Source: an uncultured delta proteobacterium (GTDB lineage Bacteria; Myxococcota_A; Polyangia; Fen-1088). From it: DNA of 64,000 nt. Below the pieces are notes generated by a model. That model saw nothing but the letters and a program-made list of their open reading frames with translations, ran no database searches and had not been told where the DNA came from. The stretch's first letter is position 1. Each line of letters starts with the position of its first letter. The stretch covers positions 672,001-736,000 of the forward strand of contig CAVYGB010000010.1 in assembly GCA_963767925.1 (NCBI GenBank). The letters run 5' to 3'. Positions 59,785 through 64,000 of the stretch are shown here, piece by piece. The translations under genes were made by a program, and so were the position numbers.

Positions 59785-60803
59785 CCGGGGCGGTCGTCGA
59801 CGCAGCGGTTGCGGCCGCTGGCCTTGGCCCGATAGAGGGCGCGGTCGGCGGCGGCGAGCAGCGCCGCCACGCTGTCGTAGGCCCGGTCGGAGAAGGTGCT
59901 GGCGATGCCCACGCTGGCGGTGAAGCGGATGTGTTGCCCGTCCTGGGAGATCGAGCCGCGCTCGACCCGGCGGCGCACCCGCTCGCCGAGGGCCAGGGCC
60001 CCCTCGGGCACCTGGATGCGGGCGAGCATGGCGAACTCCTCGCCGCCGAAGCGGGCGGCGACGTCTTCCTTGCGCACGCAGCGCTGCACGATCTCGGCGG
60101 CGTGGCGCAGGACCCGATCCCCGGTGGGATGTCCCCAGGTGTCGTTGATCCGCTTGAAGTAGTCGAGGTCGACGAGGAAGACCGAGATGGGGCTGCGGTG
60201 GCGGAGGGCGTAGGCGAACTCCTCGTTGAGCCGCTGGTCGAAGTAGCGCCGGTTGTGGATCCCCGTGAGAGGATCGCGCATCGAATATTCGTAGAGCTGG
60301 CGGGCGGCGCTGTGCTCGAGCTGGTCCTGCAGGGCGATGCCCAGCACGGTGTGGCGCCCGATCTGCACCCGGCTCCCCTCCTGCAGCGGCTGCGGCTGCA
60401 GGCTCTGGGTCCCGTCGACGAAGGTGCCGTTGCTGCTGCCGAGATCCTCGAGCACGGGCCCCTCGGGCGTGCGCAGGATGCGACAGTGGCGCCGCGAGAG
60501 GGCCGAGTCGGCCAGCATGATGTCGCAGGCAGTGCCCCGGCCGATCACGATCTCTTCCTTGTCGAGCATGCGCGACAGGCCGGTCTGGGGTCCCGAGAGC
60601 ACCCGCACGATGTACTGGCGCGGGGCACCCTCCTTGGCCCACATCTCGGCGGGGACCGCCGGCAACATGTCGGTGTTGCCGGCCTGGGCGAACTCGTCGT
60701 AAGCGGGCAGGTCCTCCGACCCGGTCGTGCTGTGCGCGGGCATGTCCGCCGACTCGGTGGCCGAGGCGGACGGTGGCGGAAAGGGCGTTGGGCTCCGGCT
60801 CAC
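59781..60803 (-). CDS. FHA-domain diguanylate cyclase
   Basis: FHA (IGRG..SRRH..DLGSSNGT); DPLTG, DLDYFKRINDTWGH, RKED I-site and GGEEF. Confidence 0.93.
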   Translation of the reverse strand: MSRSPTPFPPPSASATESADMPAHSTTGSEDLPAYDEFAQAGNTDMLPAVPAEMWAKEGAPRQYIVRVLSGPQTGLSRMLDKEEIVIGRGTACDIMLADSALSRRHCRILRTPEGPVLEDLGSSNGTFVDGTQSLQPQPLQEGSRVQIGRHTVLGIALQDQLEHSAARQLYEYSMRDPLTGIHNRRYFDQRLNEEFAYALRHRSPISVFLVDLDYFKRINDTWGHPTGDRVLRHAAEIVQRCVRKEDVAARFGGEEFAMLARIQVPEGALALGERVRRRVERGSISQDGQHIRFTASVGIASTFSDRAYDSVAALLAAADRALYRAKASGRNRCVDDRPG

Positions 60804-60939
60804 GGGTGCGGGGGTGGAAGGGAGATACCCCTTCCGTCTTGTCGTCGGCCCGGTAGCCGAACTTTAGGGGGCGTCAGGGGGCCGTCGGGGGCCCGGGGGA
60901 CGCCGGGCACCCCAGTCTGCTATGTAGTCGGGCTCGCCC

Positions 60940-62754
60940 GTGGACCGACCCGCCTCTTCTGACTTCGACCCCCGCACCCTGCCGGTCACCCTCGGTGGAC
61001 AGTTCCGCAGGCACCTGCCCCGCTACCTGGCGGGGACGGTCATGCTGGCGGTTTTCCAGCTCTCGCTGAACCGGATCGACTGGCTGTCCCGCACCGCCAT
61101 CGACGAGGTCTTCGGGGGCGCGCCCGAGCGGGTCACCGGGCCGGCCACCCTGATCTTCCTCCTCGCCCTGCTGGCCTTCGTCACCCGGGTGGCGAGCCGC
61201 TGGTTCATCTTCAACGCGGGGCGCGATGCGGAGTACGAGCTGCGCGCGCTGCTGCTGGCCCGGCTGCACCGGCTGGGGACCGCCTTTTATCGAACCATGT
61301 CGGCGGGCGAGATCATGAGCCGCTCGACCGGCGACCTGCAGCAGGTGCGGCTGCTGCTCGGCTTCGGCATCCTCAACGTCGCCAACGTCGTGTTCGCCTT
61401 CGCCAGCGCCCTGCAGGTGATGGTGGGCATCAGCGGCCGGCTCACCCTCGTCTCGCTGGTGATGATGCCGGTGATGATCCTCCTCACCCGCAGCTTCTCG
61501 CGCACGATGTTCCAGCGCACGCGGGCCAACCAGGAGGCGCTCGGCAAGCTGAGCGAGGTGCTGCAGACCAACCTCGCCGGGGTGCGGGTCGTGCGCAGCT
61601 TCGCCCTCGAGAAGCGGGAGCGGGTCCGCTTCGATGCCGCCAACACCGGTTACCTCGAGGCCGGGCTGGCCCTGGCCCGCCTGCGCGGCCTGATGTTCCC
61701 CATCGTGGGGGCGGCCGCCTCCCTCGGCGTGCTGGCCTTCTTCTGGTACGGGGCCAGCCTGCTGATGCGGGGGCCCGAGCAGGGCGGCATCAGCCAGGGC
61801 AGCTTCTTCGCCTTCTGGATGGCCTACGGACGCATGACCTGGCCCATGATCGCCCTCGGCTTCGCCATCTCCATCGTGCAGCGCGGGCGGGCCGGCTACC
61901 TCCGGCTCAAGGAGGTCTTCGATGCCCTGCCCGAGGTGACCGACGGCCCCCGCCCCGCGCCGGCGGCCATCGCCGGCGCCATCAGCGTGCGGGAGCTGTC
62001 GTTCCGCTACGGCGCCCGCGAGGTGCTCAAGGACGTCACCTTCGAGGTCCCGGCCGGCCGCTCGCTGGCGGTGGTGGGGCGCACCGGCTCGGGCAAGTCG
62101 ACGCTGGCCATGTTGCTGGCCCGCCTGCTGCCCACCCCGCCGGGCAGCGTGCGGATCGACGGACAGGACGTGTGCGAGCTGCCCCTCTCGGCGGTGCGCG
62201 AGGCCATCGGCTACGCCCAGCAGGACGCCTTCCTGTTCTCCACCACGGTGTCGCGCAACATCGGCCTGCCCCTGGAGGAGACCGAGTCGGAGGCGGCCAC
62301 CGCCCGCATCCGCGAGGCGGCCCGCGAGGCCCAGGTGCTGGAGGAGACGTTGACCCTGCCCGAGCAGTTCGACACGGTCGTGGGCGAGCGGGGGGTGCAG
62401 CTCTCCGGCGGTCAGAAGCAGCGGATCGCCCTGGCCCGGGCCCTCGTGCGCGAGCCCGAGGTGCTGGTGCTCGACGATCCCCTCTCGGCGGTCGACGCCA
62501 AGACCGAGGCGGCCATCCTCGACGCCATCGAGCGGCAGGCCCGGGCCCGCACGGTGGTGCTGGTCACCCACCGGGTGGCCGCCGCCTCCCGCTGCGACCG
62601 CATCGTCGTGCTCGACGAGGGCCGCATCATCGCCGAGGGGACCCATGACCAGCTCGTGGCGGCGGGGGGCCTGTACGCCGCCTTCGCCGAGGAGCAGTCG
62701 GCCAAGTCGGAGCTGGAGGCAGTAGAGGTAGAGGAGCAAGAGGTGCCGGCATGA
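60940..62754 (+). CDS. ABC exporter fused permease/ATPase (heterodimer subunit A)
   Basis: 6 TM helices; GRTGSGKS, LSGGQKQR and VLDDP. Confidence 0.93.
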   Translation: MDRPASSDFDPRTLPVTLGGQFRRHLPRYLAGTVMLAVFQLSLNRIDWLSRTAIDEVFGGAPERVTGPATLIFLLALLAFVTRVASRWFIFNAGRDAEYELRALLLARLHRLGTAFYRTMSAGEIMSRSTGDLQQVRLLLGFGILNVANVVFAFASALQVMVGISGRLTLVSLVMMPVMILLTRSFSRTMFQRTRANQEALGKLSEVLQTNLAGVRVVRSFALEKRERVRFDAANTGYLEAGLALARLRGLMFPIVGAAASLGVLAFFWYGASLLMRGPEQGGISQGSFFAFWMAYGRMTWPMIALGFAISIVQRGRAGYLRLKEVFDALPEVTDGPRPAPAAIAGAISVRELSFRYGAREVLKDVTFEVPAGRSLAVVGRTGSGKSTLAMLLARLLPTPPGSVRIDGQDVCELPLSAVREAIGYAQQDAFLFSTTVSRNIGLPLEETESEAATARIREAAREAQVLEETLTLPEQFDTVVGERGVQLSGGQKQRIALARALVREPEVLVLDDPLSAVDAKTEAAILDAIERQARARTVVLVTHRVAAASRCDRIVVLDEGRIIAEGTHDQLVAAGGLYAAFAEEQSAKSELEAVEVEEQEVPA

Positions 62755-64000
62755 GTTCCGCGAAGCCCGACGCCCCTGCCGCCGCGAAGCCGAGCGGGAA
62801 GCCCGGGGCTCCGCCCGCCGCGAAGTCGAGCCGCGACTTCCACGAGGAGGAGCGCCTGGGGCGGGCCTACGATCGGCAGCTCCTGGCCCGGCTGTGGCCC
62901 TACCTGCGCCCTCACCGGCGCTTCCTCTTCGTCTCGCTGGGTCTGGTGCTGGCGGTGGCGGCCCTCAACCTGATGCGGCCCCTGGTCATGGGCGGCCTGG
63001 TGGCGAGCGCCCAGAGCTCCCGGCCCGACCGTCTGCTTCACTTCGGCGTGCTGTTCTCCCTGCTCGTGCTCGGGGGGCAGCTCCTGGTGTTCGTGCAGAC
63101 CTACACGATGCAGATCGCGGGGGCCCGCACCATGGCCGACCTGCGCTCGCACCTGTTCGAGTTCATGCAGCGGCTCGAGCTGAGATACTACGACCGCACC
63201 CCGGTGGGCCGGCTCGTCACCCGGGCCACCAACGACGTCGACGCCCTGTCCGAGCTGTTCGCCTCGGGCGTGCTCAACGCCCTCGGCGACCTGATCTCGC
63301 TGATCGGCATCGTCGTCCTGATGTTGCTGCTCGACGTGCGCATGTCGCTCATCGCCTTCGCCGCCTTGCCCCTGGTGGGGCTGGTGGTCTGGTTCGTGCG
63401 CAGCCGGGCGCGCCAGGCCTACCGCGACATCCGGGTGAAGACCGCCCGCCTCAACGCCTTCCTCAACGAGCAGGTCAACGGCATGAGCGTCGTGCAGGCC
63501 TACGCCCGCGAGGCCAGCATGGCGGCCGAGTTCGACGGGATCAACCGGGAGTACCGCGACGCCAACAAGCGTTCGGTCTACTACGAGGCGATCCTCGACG
63601 CCGCCATCGAGACAGTGGCCATCGTCTGCATCGCCAGCATCTTGTGGTGGGCGGGGTTCAAGCGGGTCTCCGATCCCGCCATCACCTTCCCCCTGGTGGT
63701 GGTCTTCACCCAGTACATCCGGCAGTTCTTCGAGCCGGTCAGCCTGCTGGCCCAGCGGTTTACCATCCTCCAGTCGGCGATGAGCGGTGCCGAGCGCATC
63801 TTCAAGCTGCTCGACGAGAAGGCGCTCGAGACCGAGATCGAGGGCAGCAGCCCCACCGTCCCCTCCGCCCCCAGCGCCGAGGCCCTGGCCTTCGAGAACG
63901 TCTCCTTCGCTTACAAGCCGGGCACCCCCGTGCTGCGCGAGGTCTCCTTCCATGTGCAGAAGGGGGAGCGCATCGCCCTGGTGGGCGCCACCGGCGCCGG
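62751..64000 (+). CDS. ABC exporter fused permease/ATPase (subunit B, runs off the right window edge)
   Basis: ATGA overlap; FHEEERLGRAYDRQLLARLW, DRTPVGRLVTRATNDVD and ALVGATGAG at the edge. Confidence 0.92.
   Translation, partial: MSSAKPDAPAAAKPSGKPGAPPAAKSSRDFHEEERLGRAYDRQLLARLWPYLRPHRRFLFVSLGLVLAVAALNLMRPLVMGGLVASAQSSRPDRLLHFGVLFSLLVLGGQLLVFVQTYTMQIAGARTMADLRSHLFEFMQRLELRYYDRTPVGRLVTRATNDVDALSELFASGVLNALGDLISLIGIVVLMLLLDVRMSLIAFAALPLVGLVVWFVRSRARQAYRDIRVKTARLNAFLNEQVNGMSVVQAYAREASMAAEFDGINREYRDANKRSVYYEAILDAAIETVAIVCIASILWWAGFKRVSDPAITFPLVVVFTQYIRQFFEPVSLLAQRFTILQSAMSGAERIFKLLDEKALETEIEGSSPTVPSAPSAEALAFENVSFAYKPGTPVLREVSFHVQKGERIALVGATGA

Overview
Very GC-rich (roughly 70% or more by eye) bacterial chromosome segment. 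The gene content points to Myxococcota (Polyangia-like): eukaryotic-type Ser/Thr kinases, a MYXO-CTERM protein and many lipoproteins. Left to right it holds: a two-kinase operon; a sigma54 two-component system with TolC, an adaptor, two ABC ATPases and an amidohydrolase but no permease; a Tat oxidoreductase, GH29 fucosidase and an ECF sigma factor fused to a TM helix and LamG domain; two NHL lipoproteins, a cytochrome P460-family protein and DUF2330; a TPR protein, sodC, a Rieske protein, DUF4920 and an MgtE(N)-CorA fusion; a repeat-rich island at 33.9-38.9 kb (RAYT-like HUH transposase, REPIN/MITE-like hairpins, (GAGCT)16, orphan ADOP/MacB permease); class II RNR nrdJ with NrdR-like and DnaA-like boxes; ftsE-ftsX-envC-ctpA; a CoA-activase/dehydratase pair; CotH, a CNNM/CBS protein, PhoD, an FHA-GGDEF protein and a heterodimeric ABC exporter. 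Several conserved genes carry single-base frameshifts, most likely long-read assembly errors. The most notable signals are the RAYT-repeat island, sigma54 promoter motifs at a fixed 14 nt before four start codons, and the membrane-tethered ECF-LamG fusion. All family calls come from motif recognition by eye; no searches were run.
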